Below are positions 1-11,300 of a DNA stretch of 64,000 nucleotides, piece by piece. The number at the start of each line of letters is the position of its first letter. The first letter of the stretch is position 1. This DNA comes from an uncultured Terrimonas sp. (GTDB lineage Bacteria; Bacteroidota; Bacteroidia; Chitinophagales; Chitinophagaceae): positions 28,892-92,891 of the forward strand of contig CAZFGP010000001.1 of the NCBI GenBank assembly GCA_964518685.1, read 5' to 3'. The position numbers and the translations under genes were made by a program. The notes beneath the pieces were generated by a model, which was not told where the DNA came from, did no database searches, and saw only the letters and a list, made by a program, of their open reading frames with translations.

Positions 1-2
1 CC

Positions 3-1916
3 GGACTTCACCTGGAACAATATCGTCATGCAACCTATAAACCTACTGACTATTACGAAGAAGCATTGAGAAGAGATCCTAAAGACGCGCGTAATAATAA
101 TGCCCTGGGTCTATGGTACTTAAGACGGGGACAATTTAAAAAGGCTGAACCGTATTTTAAGCAGGCAATTGATACCATCACCCAAAGAAATCCTAATCCT
201 TATGATGGAGAGCCCTATTATAACCTTGGTTGGGCGCTACTGATGCAGGATAAACATGAGGCTGCCTATGATGCTTTTTACAAATGTATCTGGAATGATG
301 CCTGGCAGCATGCAGGATTTTTAAATCTTTGTCGGCTTGCTATCCGAAATAAAGAATACCAGGTGGCGTTGGATTTTATTGATCAGTCCTTAGTAAAAAA
401 TTTTCATAGCCACACCGCGCGACATCTGAAAGTTTTTACCCTTAGAATACTGAATCAGTTCCATAAAGCTATGGATTTCGTAAATGAATCTCTAACAATG
501 GATCCTTTTAATTACGGCTGCTGGCTTGAGAAATATTGGTTATTGAAAAATGACAAGGATGAGAATGCAGCCAATGAAACGCTCCATCATTTGCATGAAA
601 TTAGTCGTAATAATGAGAATAACTTTATAGAATATGCCTTCGATTATGCTCATGCTGGCTTATACGAAGAGGCTGCGCAGCTTCTTTCTGTTTTTGAAAC
701 ACAGGATTCTCAAAACACTTTAATAAATTATTATTTAGGATGGTTTTCCTTTCGCAATGGAAAGGAAAAATTAAGTCTGACTTATTTTCAAAAAGCGGCT
801 TCACTCAGTCCTGATTATGTATTTCCTAACCGAATAGAAGACATCCTGGTTTTTCAGGAAGCTATCCGTCAAAATCCTAAGGATGCTAAAGCAGCATATT
901 ACCTGGGTAATTACTGGTACGACAAGAGGCAATATCGGGAGGCTATAGTTTGCTGGGAACAGTCTGCGGAAACTGACGACCTATTTCCAACGGTCTACCG
1001 AAACCTCTCCATAGCATATTTCAACAAGCAGAAGGATTCCAATAAAGCCCTCCGTGCGATGGAGAAAGCCTTTGCTTTAAACTCATCGGATGCGCGGGTC
1101 TTGTTTGAACTGGATATGCTGTACAAACGCTTAAACAAAGACACTGATGAAAGATTACAACTTTTAAACAAGCATCATATATTAACGGAGCAAAGAGATG
1201 ATCTTTATCTTGAACGTATAACCTTATACAATCAGCAAGAGGATTACTTAAAAGCAAAGGAGCTTTTACAAACCAGGAAGTTTCATCCCTGGGAAGGCGG
1301 GGAAGGCAGGGTTGTTCAGCAGTATATCATCTGTTGCCTTGAATTAGCCAAACAGGCCATCCGGAACGGACAAGCCCATGAAGCCCTGCAACTTTTAAAT
1401 GAGGCTGAACATTATCCGGAGAATCTTGGAGAAGGGAAACTGGCTGGAGTTCAGGAAAATGATATTCATTACTGGAAGGGAATAGTATACGATTTAATGG
1501 AAGATGCAGAAAAAGCAAATCATTTTTATAAAAAAGCTACAGAAGGAAACAGTAAACCTGTACAGGCAGTTTTTTATAACGATCCCCAGCCCGACAAAAT
1601 ATTTTACCAGGGACTGGCATGGAAAAAATTGAAAGAAACCGGAAAAGCCGAAGCCATTTTTAATAGTTTGATTGATTTCGGTCAGAAACATCTTGACGAT
1701 GATGTCCATATTGATTATTTTGCTGTATCGTTACCGGGCATGCTTATATTTGATGACGATCTTAGGCTGCGCAACAGAATTCATTGTTTGTACATGATGG
1801 GCTTGGGACATTTGGGGCTGGGGAATTCCAGGAAAGCAAAGACCTGCTTTAAAGAGGTCTTGTCCCTTGACGGCAACCATCAGGGCGTTTTGGCGCATCA
1901 AAGGATGACTTCTTAA
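3..1916 (+). CDS. Multi-TPR protein, DUF5107-associated type (5' partial; starts before the window)
   Basis: The frame is open from position 3 (GLHLEQYRHATYKPTDYYEEALRRDP...). Many TPR-like helices. Motifs FHPWEGGEG, YPENLGEGKL and IDYFAVSLP are typical of the DUF5107/TPR proteins of Bacteroidota sugar loci. Confidence 0.8.
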   Translation, partial: GLHLEQYRHATYKPTDYYEEALRRDPKDARNNNALGLWYLRRGQFKKAEPYFKQAIDTITQRNPNPYDGEPYYNLGWALLMQDKHEAAYDAFYKCIWNDAWQHAGFLNLCRLAIRNKEYQVALDFIDQSLVKNFHSHTARHLKVFTLRILNQFHKAMDFVNESLTMDPFNYGCWLEKYWLLKNDKDENAANETLHHLHEISRNNENNFIEYAFDYAHAGLYEEAAQLLSVFETQDSQNTLINYYLGWFSFRNGKEKLSLTYFQKAASLSPDYVFPNRIEDILVFQEAIRQNPKDAKAAYYLGNYWYDKRQYREAIVCWEQSAETDDLFPTVYRNLSIAYFNKQKDSNKALRAMEKAFALNSSDARVLFELDMLYKRLNKDTDERLQLLNKHHILTEQRDDLYLERITLYNQQEDYLKAKELLQTRKFHPWEGGEGRVVQQYIICCLELAKQAIRNGQAHEALQLLNEAEHYPENLGEGKLAGVQENDIHYWKGIVYDLMEDAEKANHFYKKATEGNSKPVQAVFYNDPQPDKIFYQGLAWKKLKETGKAEAIFNSLIDFGQKHLDDDVHIDYFAVSLPGMLIFDDDLRLRNRIHCLYMMGLGHLGLGNSRKAKTCFKEVLSLDGNHQGVLAHQRMTS

Positions 1917-2073
1917 CGGTAATCTATAAATGCTATTCAAATAACTAATCTTATTCAAGAATAGAAATCACAAAACATTTATTATGAGACAGTGCTTGAC
2001 AAAGTTTTCTCCCACAGGTGATTATAAATATAGAATTGGTTCTAACAGAAGTAAAAAAACAAAAAATATACGA

Positions 2074-4917
2074 ATGAAAAAGGACCTATTCTCAGCAGTA
2101 GCCCTGATGATTATTCTGCTATTATTTAGTGGTAATAACTTTGCCCAGGTGCAAACCATCCATCTTGCAGGCAAATGGACTTTTAAACCAGATCCTGCTG
2201 ATAAGGGTATAGAGGAACAATGGTTTCGTAAAGACCTGACAGATACCATCCATCTGCCTGGCTCCATGACAACCAATGGAAAAGGAGATGAAATATCTTT
2301 GCATACACCGTGGACAGGAAGCATCTTTGACTCCTCCTGGTTTTTTAAACCTGAGTATGCAAAATATCGTCAGCCGGGAAATATTAAAGTTCCATTCTGG
2401 CTCCAGCCGGCAAAATATTATAAAGGCGCAGCATGGTACCGAAAGAAAATTGTTATTCCATCAACCTGGAAGAACAAACACATCGAATTGTTTTTAGAGC
2501 GCTGTCATTGGGAAACAGTAATATGGGTGGATAATATCAAGATAGGTATGGCTAATCATCTTGGCACGCCACATATTTTTGATTTATCTGAAACATTAAG
2601 CCCGGGCACTCATTATATAACAGTAAGAGTGGATAACCGGGTTAAAGAAATTCGGGTTGGGCAAAATTCTCATAGTATTTCTGACCATACACAGGGCAAT
2701 TGGAATGGTATGACAGGGAAATTATTACTCAGCGCCCGTCCGGATTTTTATATTGATGCAGTTCGGTTATATCCGGACGTTTTTAAAAAACGAGTCATTG
2801 CACAGATTGATATCCAAAGTAAATCTTCAGCTCATAAAAAAGTGGCGTTACAATTATTAGCAAAAACCAAAGGAAATAGCGATGACGTATTAAAACCGCT
2901 AAAGCAGTCGTTAACACTGAAAGAAGGTAACAACAAAATAGAAGTGGTTTATCCAATGGGTGATAACCCGATGCTGTGGGATGAATTTCATCCTAATTTA
3001 TATTCCATGCTGGTACAGATAAGCAGAGGTAAAGAGCATGATATAAAAAACATAGGCTTTGGTATGCGGGAATTTATTGCTAAGGGTACCCAATTTACCA
3101 TTAATGGAAGGCCCACTTTTCTCAGAGGTACCCTTGAATGTGCTATTTTCCCCAAGACCGGTTATCCGCCAACCGATGTAGCTTCCTGGATGAAAGTTTT
3201 TAAGGCTGCCCGGTCTTATGGATTAAATCACATGCGCTTTCATTCCTGGTGCCCCCCCGAAGCCGCTTTTGAAGCGGCAGACCTTTCTGGTTTTTATTTA
3301 CAGGTTGAAGCCAGTTCATGGGCTAATCAAGGTTCATCTATAGGAAATGGAGAACCGATTGACCGGTTTATTTATGATGAAACAGAAAGCATTATCAAAA
3401 ATTATGGCAACCATCCTTCTTTTTGTATGATGGCCTATGGAAACGAACCAGCAGGTAAAAATCAAATCCCGTTTCTAACGGATTATGTCAATTACTGGAA
3501 AAAAAGAGATTCTCGTAGATTATATACCACTGCCGGCGCATGGCCCCTGATCGAAGAAAGTGATTATAACAGTGCCCCAGATCCCAGAATACAGGGTTGG
3601 GGTCAGGCTTTAAAGAGTATTATCAACGCGCAACCGCCAAGGAGCGATTACGACTGGCGGGAGGCTATTGCTAAATGGAAGCAACCTACGGTAAGCCATG
3701 AAATTGGACAATGGTGTGTATATCCCGATTTTAAGGAAATATCTAAATACACGGGTATTCTCAAAGCAAAGAATTTTGAAATCTTTCAGCAATCATTGAA
3801 AGAACATGGCATGGGGCATTTGTCAGACAGTTTTTTACTGGCTTCGGGAAAATTGCAGGCTTTATGTTACAAGGCTGAAATTGAAGCGGCTCTGCGTACG
3901 CCGGGGTTCGGAGGATTTCAACTCTTGGATCTGCATGACTTTCCCGGACAGGGAACAGCCCTTGTGGGCGTGCTGAGTCCCTTCTGGGAAGACAAAGGAT
4001 ACATCACCGGAACGGAGTACAGCAGGTTTTGTAATGCTACCGTACCGCTGGCAAGGTTTTCGAAAATGATCTATCACAATAACGAGGAATTGAAGGTACC
4101 CGTTGAAATAGCCCATTTTGGAGCAGAAGAATGGAAAAACATCACTCCATTATGGTGGATTAAAAACAATGCGGAAGAAACCCTGTACGAGGGGAAACTT
4201 GCCGAAACCAATATCCCGTTAGGAAACGGAATATCTTTGGGGGAAATCCGGCAAAGTTTAAATCAACAGAAGAGACCTCAACAACTTACCCTGGTAGTAG
4301 AGGTAAACGGATTTCAGAATTCCTGGGATTTTTTTGTTTACCCGGCTCAAAACCCGACCGTTGAAGGTAATATCCTGGTGACGCAAAAGTTAGATACAAA
4401 GGCCTTAAACGCTTTGAACGAGGGAGGAAAAGTTTTGCTGACCCTTCAAAAAGGCGCTGTTAAACCAGAGAAAGGCGGCGCCGTGGCGGTTGGTTTTTCC
4501 AGTATTTTCTGGAATACAGCCTGGACCCGCGGACAGCCTCCACATACCCTGGGCATCCTCTGCAATCCGGAGCATGCGGCTTTAAAAGAATTTCCCACTA
4601 CCTATCACAGCAACTGGCAATGGTGGGATGCAATGAGTCATTCTAATGCTATCCTGCTCGATTCTGTTTCAAAAGGATTACAACCAATTGTAAGAATTGT
4701 GGATGATTGGGTAACCAACCGTTCTCTGGGTTTAATTTTTGAGGTAAAATCAGGTGGAGGCAAACTGCTCGTTACCTCAATAGATCTTCTACAACAAAAC
4801 GATGAAAGGCCGGAAGCCCGGCAACTGTTGTTCAGCCTGAAAAAATATATGGTTTCTGATCAATTCAAACCCTCTGTAGAAATTGATTTGAAAAAAATTC
4901 AAACCCTCATTGAATAA
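2074..4917 (+). CDS. Glycoside hydrolase family 2 (beta-galactosidase-like), secreted
   Basis: GH2 N-terminal sugar-binding domain (YKGAAWY, LFLERCHW), GLNHMRFHSWCPP, NHPSF...GNEP (acid/base) and VSHEIGQ (nucleophile). The signal peptide starts at ATG 2074; the ORF-track start at 1984 is probably too long. Confidence 0.85.
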   Translation: MKKDLFSAVALMIILLLFSGNNFAQVQTIHLAGKWTFKPDPADKGIEEQWFRKDLTDTIHLPGSMTTNGKGDEISLHTPWTGSIFDSSWFFKPEYAKYRQPGNIKVPFWLQPAKYYKGAAWYRKKIVIPSTWKNKHIELFLERCHWETVIWVDNIKIGMANHLGTPHIFDLSETLSPGTHYITVRVDNRVKEIRVGQNSHSISDHTQGNWNGMTGKLLLSARPDFYIDAVRLYPDVFKKRVIAQIDIQSKSSAHKKVALQLLAKTKGNSDDVLKPLKQSLTLKEGNNKIEVVYPMGDNPMLWDEFHPNLYSMLVQISRGKEHDIKNIGFGMREFIAKGTQFTINGRPTFLRGTLECAIFPKTGYPPTDVASWMKVFKAARSYGLNHMRFHSWCPPEAAFEAADLSGFYLQVEASSWANQGSSIGNGEPIDRFIYDETESIIKNYGNHPSFCMMAYGNEPAGKNQIPFLTDYVNYWKKRDSRRLYTTAGAWPLIEESDYNSAPDPRIQGWGQALKSIINAQPPRSDYDWREAIAKWKQPTVSHEIGQWCVYPDFKEISKYTGILKAKNFEIFQQSLKEHGMGHLSDSFLLASGKLQALCYKAEIEAALRTPGFGGFQLLDLHDFPGQGTALVGVLSPFWEDKGYITGTEYSRFCNATVPLARFSKMIYHNNEELKVPVEIAHFGAEEWKNITPLWWIKNNAEETLYEGKLAETNIPLGNGISLGEIRQSLNQQKRPQQLTLVVEVNGFQNSWDFFVYPAQNPTVEGNILVTQKLDTKALNALNEGGKVLLTLQKGAVKPEKGGAVAVGFSSIFWNTAWTRGQPPHTLGILCNPEHAALKEFPTTYHSNWQWWDAMSHSNAILLDSVSKGLQPIVRIVDDWVTNRSLGLIFEVKSGGGKLLVTSIDLLQQNDERPEARQLLFSLKKYMVSDQFKPSVEIDLKKIQTLIE

Positions 4918-4933
4918 TAAAAAATCATTTTTT

Positions 4934-6898
4934 ATGACGCCACACTATTTAAAAACAATTTTTACTATCTGTTCTCTGTTACTCTTAGCTTTTACATCAA
5001 TGGGACAGCAATATTTGCTTGAGTCTCCAGACAAGAAGCTATCCGCAGAAATTGAAAACAACAAACAGGGAATCCAGCTAAAATTATTGAAAGAAAATAG
5101 TCTGATACTGAATTTATCCGATATCGGAATGATTACCAAAGAAACGGGAGCAGCCCCTTTACAGGTAAAACAAACCCATAGGAATTCAGTTAATGAGTGG
5201 ATCAAACCGGTTATCAAAGAAAAAAGCGAACAGATACAGAATCAGTATAATGAATTATTGATTACCTCCAAATCCGGACCGTCCCTTATGTTTCGGCTTT
5301 TTAACGAAGGGCTGGCTTATCGGTTTTCCACTTCTTTTAAAGACAGTCTTACCATTGTAAAAGAAACGCTGAACCTCCAGTTTGGAGATGAAGATTCTGC
5401 ACGCTTTCAATTAAACAATTCTTTTAGTTCCTCCTACGAGTACCCTTATGAATATAAATCTTTAGACAAAATTGATCCGGCAAAATTGGTTAATCTGCCT
5501 TTCCTTATTGAAAAGCCCGATGGCAAATTTGTAATGATTACTGAATCTGATTTGTATCGTTATCCGGGAATGTGGGTAAGGTCTAATGGCACTTCGGCCT
5601 TAGCGGTTACTCATCCGCCATACCCCAAAACGTTAACAAAAAACAATAGCACCTACAGCAATGAAAAGGTAGATGCCACCCACGATTATATGGCAAGAGT
5701 TGCGGGAAAAAGAACTTACCCCTGGCGCATTTTTGCGGTGGCAGACAAAGAAGATGGCCTGATTAATAACAACATGGTATATCTGCTTGCTTCGCCAACG
5801 AAATTGAAAGATATTTCCTGGATCAAACCGGGAGTGGTGATGTTTGACTGGTGGGGAAAGTATAATATTTATGGGGTTGATTTCAAAGCAGGCGTTAATA
5901 CAGAAACAGCCAAATATTTTATTGATTTTTGTGCAGCAAATGGATTCCGGTATTTTTTGTTTGATGACGGATGGAGTCCCGGAAACGATCTGCTGCATAC
6001 CGTTCCCGGCTTAAATATGGAAGAAGTAACTTCCTATGCAAAAGCAAAGGGCGTGGACGTGATGCTCTGGGTGATTTGGAATACGTTGAAGAATCAATGG
6101 GATGCAGCATTTAATCAGTTTGAACACTGGGGTATCAGGGGGATAAAAATGGATTTCATGAATCGCGATGATCAGCAGATGGTGGAATTTTACGAGAAGG
6201 TGGCTGAAAAGGCAGTCGAAAAAAAGATGGTGGTTAATTTTCATGGCGCCTATAAGCCCAGTGGTTTAAGACGGAAGTATCCCAATGTATTAACCCGGGA
6301 GGCGCTGATCGAGTTTGAATACTGCGGATTTTCCTACGACGACAATCCCGAACACCATAATCTCTTGCCTTATATCCGGATGTTTACCGGACCCATGGAT
6401 TATATTCCAGCTACCATGCGCAATGCCAATAAAAAGGATTTCAGGATTATAGGTGATTATCCGATGGGCTGGGGTACCCGTGCACATGCAATGGCTTTGT
6501 TTGTCATTTTAAACAGTCCCATGACTATGCTCCCCGGATCTCCTACCGATTATTATAAAGAAAAGGAGTGCACAGATTTTTTAGTAAAAATTCCTCTGGA
6601 ATGGGATGAAACAAAATTGTTAGATGGGAAGATCGGAAAATTTACCGTATTGGGCAGGCGTTCAGGAAACTCCTGGCACCTGGGTGCCATCACAAACGAT
6701 GATGCACGAACCATTGAACTATCAACCGGTTTTTTAAACCCGGGTCAATATAGTGTAGAACTAATCGAGGATGGGGTGAATGCAGGTACGGTAGCCAGCG
6801 ATTATAAATTATTAAAACGGCAAATCAAGGCAGGAGAAACGATAAAGATAAACCTGGCTCCGGGAGGAGGCTGGATAGCCAGAATCACCCCTGAATAA
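4934..6898 (+). CDS. Glycoside hydrolase family 97 (alpha-glycosidase)
   Basis: GH97 motifs SWIKPG..WW, DDGWS, GIKMDF, NFHGAYKPSGLRRKYPN...E and RMFTGPMDY.P. Signal peptide present. Confidence 0.9.
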   Translation: MTPHYLKTIFTICSLLLLAFTSMGQQYLLESPDKKLSAEIENNKQGIQLKLLKENSLILNLSDIGMITKETGAAPLQVKQTHRNSVNEWIKPVIKEKSEQIQNQYNELLITSKSGPSLMFRLFNEGLAYRFSTSFKDSLTIVKETLNLQFGDEDSARFQLNNSFSSSYEYPYEYKSLDKIDPAKLVNLPFLIEKPDGKFVMITESDLYRYPGMWVRSNGTSALAVTHPPYPKTLTKNNSTYSNEKVDATHDYMARVAGKRTYPWRIFAVADKEDGLINNNMVYLLASPTKLKDISWIKPGVVMFDWWGKYNIYGVDFKAGVNTETAKYFIDFCAANGFRYFLFDDGWSPGNDLLHTVPGLNMEEVTSYAKAKGVDVMLWVIWNTLKNQWDAAFNQFEHWGIRGIKMDFMNRDDQQMVEFYEKVAEKAVEKKMVVNFHGAYKPSGLRRKYPNVLTREALIEFEYCGFSYDDNPEHHNLLPYIRMFTGPMDYIPATMRNANKKDFRIIGDYPMGWGTRAHAMALFVILNSPMTMLPGSPTDYYKEKECTDFLVKIPLEWDETKLLDGKIGKFTVLGRRSGNSWHLGAITNDDARTIELSTGFLNPGQYSVELIEDGVNAGTVASDYKLLKRQIKAGETIKINLAPGGGWIARITPE

Positions 6899-6907
6899 AA
6901 ATGGACC

Positions 6908-8272
6908 ATGCATTCAAGCACTACAAAAATCAATTTCCAGACGGATAAAAAACAAGTCTATAACACCCGCTATATTTTGGGTATTTCTTTCGTCTCTGCT
7001 CTGGGAGGTTATCTCTTTGGCTTCGACTTTGCCGTAATAGCCGGAGCATTACCTTTCTTGGAAAAATATTTTGGATTAAACGCCTACTGGGAAGGGTTTG
7101 CAACAGGAAGCCTTGCATTGGGCGCCATCCTGGGTTGCTTGTCAGGAGGCTGGTTAGCAGATAGAGCAGGACGTAAACCAGGATTATTGGTGTCAGCCTT
7201 AATCTTCGCCCTTTCTTCATTAGCTATGGCCTTATCCCCTACGCGTGATATTTTCATCCTTGCGCGATTTTGTGCCGGTATAGGCGTAGGTATGGCTTCC
7301 ATCCTGTCGCCCATGTATATTGCAGAAATCTCACCTGCAGCTTTACGTGGACGTATGGTTTCTATCAATCAGCTTACCATCGTGCTGGGCATTCTCTTTA
7401 CCAATCTTATCAATTACGCTTTACGTGATTCCGGCGAGGATGCCTGGCGTTGGATGTTTGGATTAGGCATGGCGCCGTCCATATTGTTTTTCCTGGGTGC
7501 CTGGTGGCTCCCGGAAAGTCCCAGATGGCTGATTAAAGCAGGAAGAAATCAGAAAGCAAAAGAAGTATTGAATAGAATAGGAAAAGGAGATTTCAGCATA
7601 AACTCTTTCAATGATATTAAGGAAACGCTGACGGGAATTGCCAAAACAAATTTTTCTGACGTTTTTAAAAAAGGGGTTCTGCCTGCAGTTGTTGTAGGGA
7701 TCGGGCTGGCAGCCTTCCAACAGTTGTGCGGTATAAATACCGTATTCAATTATGCCCCTAAAATTTTTGAAAGTATTGGCGCTTCTCAGGATGATCAATT
7801 GCTGCAAACCGTTTTTATTGGAGGCGTAAATCTGGTATTTACCATTATTGCTATGCTGCTGGTTGACCGCTGGGGCCGAAAACCATTAATGCTTACCGGA
7901 GCTGCGGGATTGGCAATTCTTTACATTATAGTGGCTCAGATGCTATCGGTCCAATCCAACTCAGTTTCCTGGTTTTTGCTGGCGGCTATTGGCATGTATG
8001 CCTTATCGTTAGCTCCTGTTACCTGGGTGCTGATCGCCGAAATTTTTCCTAATAAGGTGAGAGCTGAGGCAACTTCCATTGCTGTGGTAAGCCTGTGGTT
8101 AAGCTATTTTATTCTTGTTTTCACCTTTCCTGTCATATTTGAAAAACTTCAGAACAAGTCTTTTTATATTTATTCAGCGATATGTTTCGCAGGATTTCTT
8201 TTTGTATGGTTAAGAGTAAAAGAAACCAAAGGCAAAACCCTGGAGGAACTGGAGAATATCATGAGCCAATGA
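6908..8272 (+). CDS. MFS sugar porter (XylE/AraE-like sugar:H+ symporter)
   Basis: LGGYLFGFD, DRAGRK, PMYIAEISP, PESPRWL, QQLCGIN, DRWGRKPL and KETKGKTLEE motifs; about 12 hydrophobic segments. Confidence 0.93.
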   Translation: MHSSTTKINFQTDKKQVYNTRYILGISFVSALGGYLFGFDFAVIAGALPFLEKYFGLNAYWEGFATGSLALGAILGCLSGGWLADRAGRKPGLLVSALIFALSSLAMALSPTRDIFILARFCAGIGVGMASILSPMYIAEISPAALRGRMVSINQLTIVLGILFTNLINYALRDSGEDAWRWMFGLGMAPSILFFLGAWWLPESPRWLIKAGRNQKAKEVLNRIGKGDFSINSFNDIKETLTGIAKTNFSDVFKKGVLPAVVVGIGLAAFQQLCGINTVFNYAPKIFESIGASQDDQLLQTVFIGGVNLVFTIIAMLLVDRWGRKPLMLTGAAGLAILYIIVAQMLSVQSNSVSWFLLAAIGMYALSLAPVTWVLIAEIFPNKVRAEATSIAVVSLWLSYFILVFTFPVIFEKLQNKSFYIYSAICFAGFLFVWLRVKETKGKTLEELENIMSQ

Positions 8273-8311
8273 TTTTTACAAAGCCTTTGCTGTATAATCT
8301 GTCTTCACATC

Positions 8312-11300
8312 CTATTTATACCGCAGGCTTTGTATCTTAACCGGACCCAGCAATCCCGATCGCTGTAAAGGGCTGTCGGCCTTATAAAGATTAATTATCG
8401 TCCAGGTTTTCTGCTGGTCTTTGGCAACCTGCTGATCACCTATCAGCCGGTTAACCCAGGTATTCACCACTTTAATTTCAAGAGTATTTCTGCCCTTTTT
8501 TACAGCATCGGTAATATCCACCGTATAAGGCGCCGTCCATACACCACCCACTTCCTTTCCATTGATCCTTACTTTCGCCATAGCCGTTACTTCTCCGATA
8601 TTCAGCAGAATACGTTCTCCATGTTTCCTCCTGCCCGCTTTGAACGTATTGGTATACCAGGCCGAACCGGAATAGTATTTAATACTGTCCTCAGGGTGGG
8701 TTGACCAGTCCAGCAATTGGTTAAACACCACCGGATGAACAGGTCCCCGGGCAGCCGGATCAAACTGTACATTCCAGGGAGTGCTCACAAGAAATACAGT
8801 TTGTGGAGAAGGAAAATTCTCTAATTGTTCATTGGGTTGATTTCCGTTTGTATCTTTTCTGAACATAATAAACATACTCTCGTATCCTTCAAGAACTAAA
8901 GGAATGATGGTGGACTGCTCCTGTACAGTATACAAAGGAAGATCACGCATTTTGCCATTTACTGCATTCCACTGTTCCGGCTTCTTTCCGGTAATCCGAA
9001 AAGAGGGGCTTATCTCCACTCTTTTATTACTTTGATTAGAGATAAAATACAATTCCCCATCGTCTAAAAAACGATGAATAAACAATACCGGATCATCAGC
9101 GGCAGTTTTTAAATCAGGGATAATCTTTAGAAAATCGAGCGCCTGCTGCATATCCATACCATTTATCACTATCCCCTTTCCAACACGGTGTATGCCATAG
9201 TTAGTTCCATCAGAGTTACCCCAGAGTTGCGTTGCCATTCGCTTTATTTCTTCATCTGCCTTTCCGTAGTTTTGTAAACTGGGTGAACGGTCGGGACGGG
9301 GTCCCAATACCACACCACCTTGTTGCACCAATTCCAGAATCTTACTGAGCAATTCGGGGCGCATCGTGGTCAATTTGGGCAATACCAATATTTTATATGA
9401 CATCCCATCGGGTAATACAAATCTTCCATCCTTAACCGATAATCTTGTTTCTATAACTTCTGCATTAATATAATCAAACGAATATCCCTTTGGTAATGGA
9501 GGATCAGTAATCCCCGTCATCTTCGGGGCATCTTCTCCTATAAAATAAGCCACATCGGCTACATAGGTTCCCTGTTGCAACAAAAAGTTGCATCTTTTCA
9601 GATAAGAGATAAACATATCCATATCATCGTACCAGGTATTAAACCGATTAAATTCGGTTCCAAACCAGGTGTTTACACCAGGCATTTTGTCCTCATATGG
9701 TTGGTGTATATACACATGCAGCAGCGTATTATTGATCCCTTCAGTAAAAAACCGGTCTCCCCGCTGTTTCAACATCGCCGGATAACGAGCAAAGGTTTTC
9801 CCAGCAGCTGTAAAGGATTCGGCAGACACTTTTCTCTTGCCGTAAATATGGGCCGAGGAAGAAGCGGCACGGTTCTCAATATTCCCTAAATCGCCTTCGC
9901 TCCAAAATTCTCCGCCGATCTCATCCGACTGACCTCCATATTGCAAAAACTCACCGGGAAAGCCCCAGTGACCATAGTTCTCCAGCCAGGTTTTTAGCCC
10001 ATGCTGATGACTCACTTTTCGCAAACCACCTACATATTCATAAGCCACATTATCGGCAACAAAGCGTCGCAAATCCCAAAGAAAACGGTCACTCTGGTCC
10101 TGACTGCCTACCACAGTGCCATACAAAGCCGGGATAAAAGGTACAGGATCATATCCATATCGGCTTTTGAACCCTAATATAAAATCATCTGTCCAGTTTT
10201 GTCCGCCGGTTTCGTAGCTGTCTTCTACAATCAACTTCCAGGTTTTTCTGTCTTCCGCCGGGATCCGCCTGAGGATTTCGCCCATATAGGCATCAAAATG
10301 TGCAGCAGCATGCCTGCTGCTCATCTTATCCACTTCTAATCCCGTTCCTTCTTTGGAAGCCGGACTATTGGTTACGCCTGTGGGAAGCATACCTGTTCTC
10401 AAAACAATCCATTTCCCTTTCGGCGCTGACCAGTTTAGTTGTCCTTCCTTATTCATATATGCCGTAATATCTATAACAGCAGCAGGATTAATGACCATTT
10501 CCTTTTTGTCCACCGGCGCCTGCTGTGGCCATTGGTATTCCTTCCAATAGGGCAATGGAGTAGGGAACATTTTTGCCAGCGTCTTTTCCACGTAACGTTC
10601 TACGTTAGGAAGAGAAGATAATACTATTTCAGCAATACCGGCATTCCCCGCCTGATGGGTGATTATAATCCGAAACGCACGGGCGGTTACCGCAGTAAAG
10701 GATTCACTTACCGGGGCATATTTCTCCCAACCCACATGCAACTCATTATTGCTGCGATCCACCGTAAATTTTTTTATGGTTTGATAACCCTCATCTTGTT
10801 TTGTCTGCAACTCCACCTCTATCTTCATGTTGCGATGTGCGGGATAGACTATAATGTTTCTGGCGGTATATGGATCGACACATTTTAATTCAATACTAAG
10901 TGACTCTCCTGGCGCAACAGGGATATCCCTTTCGGTATCCATGTCAAACAACACTGCACTGTTTTGTAGCTGCGGTATGGTTGTTATTTCAGGAGCCAAA
11001 TCATTAATCCTGCTTCCATATTCTGCAGGTGCAGGAAAAGCAATCACTTTTACATCCTGAAAACCCTCGGGTGCAGGGAGTAGTTGAGGTATTTTATTCC
11101 CCCCTTCTATGATGGTGGTGGTAGAAGACAAGTAACGCATGGCTTGTTCCGGTTTTATCCAGGGTCCGCCCGACTGGCTCCAGCCAGGGCTGTTGAAAAT
11201 GCCAATTTCTATATTGAGTTCTGTGGCTTTTTTGAGCGCGGCATGCAGTATGTCCCACCATTCATCGGTAAAGATTTTCACCTTCCCATAACGGGTCTCA

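Noticed and set aside
1996..2028. TTGACA...TATAAA sigma70-like promoter upstream of GH2
   Set aside because: The 21-bp spacer is wrong, and this lineage uses TAnnTTTG-type promoters.
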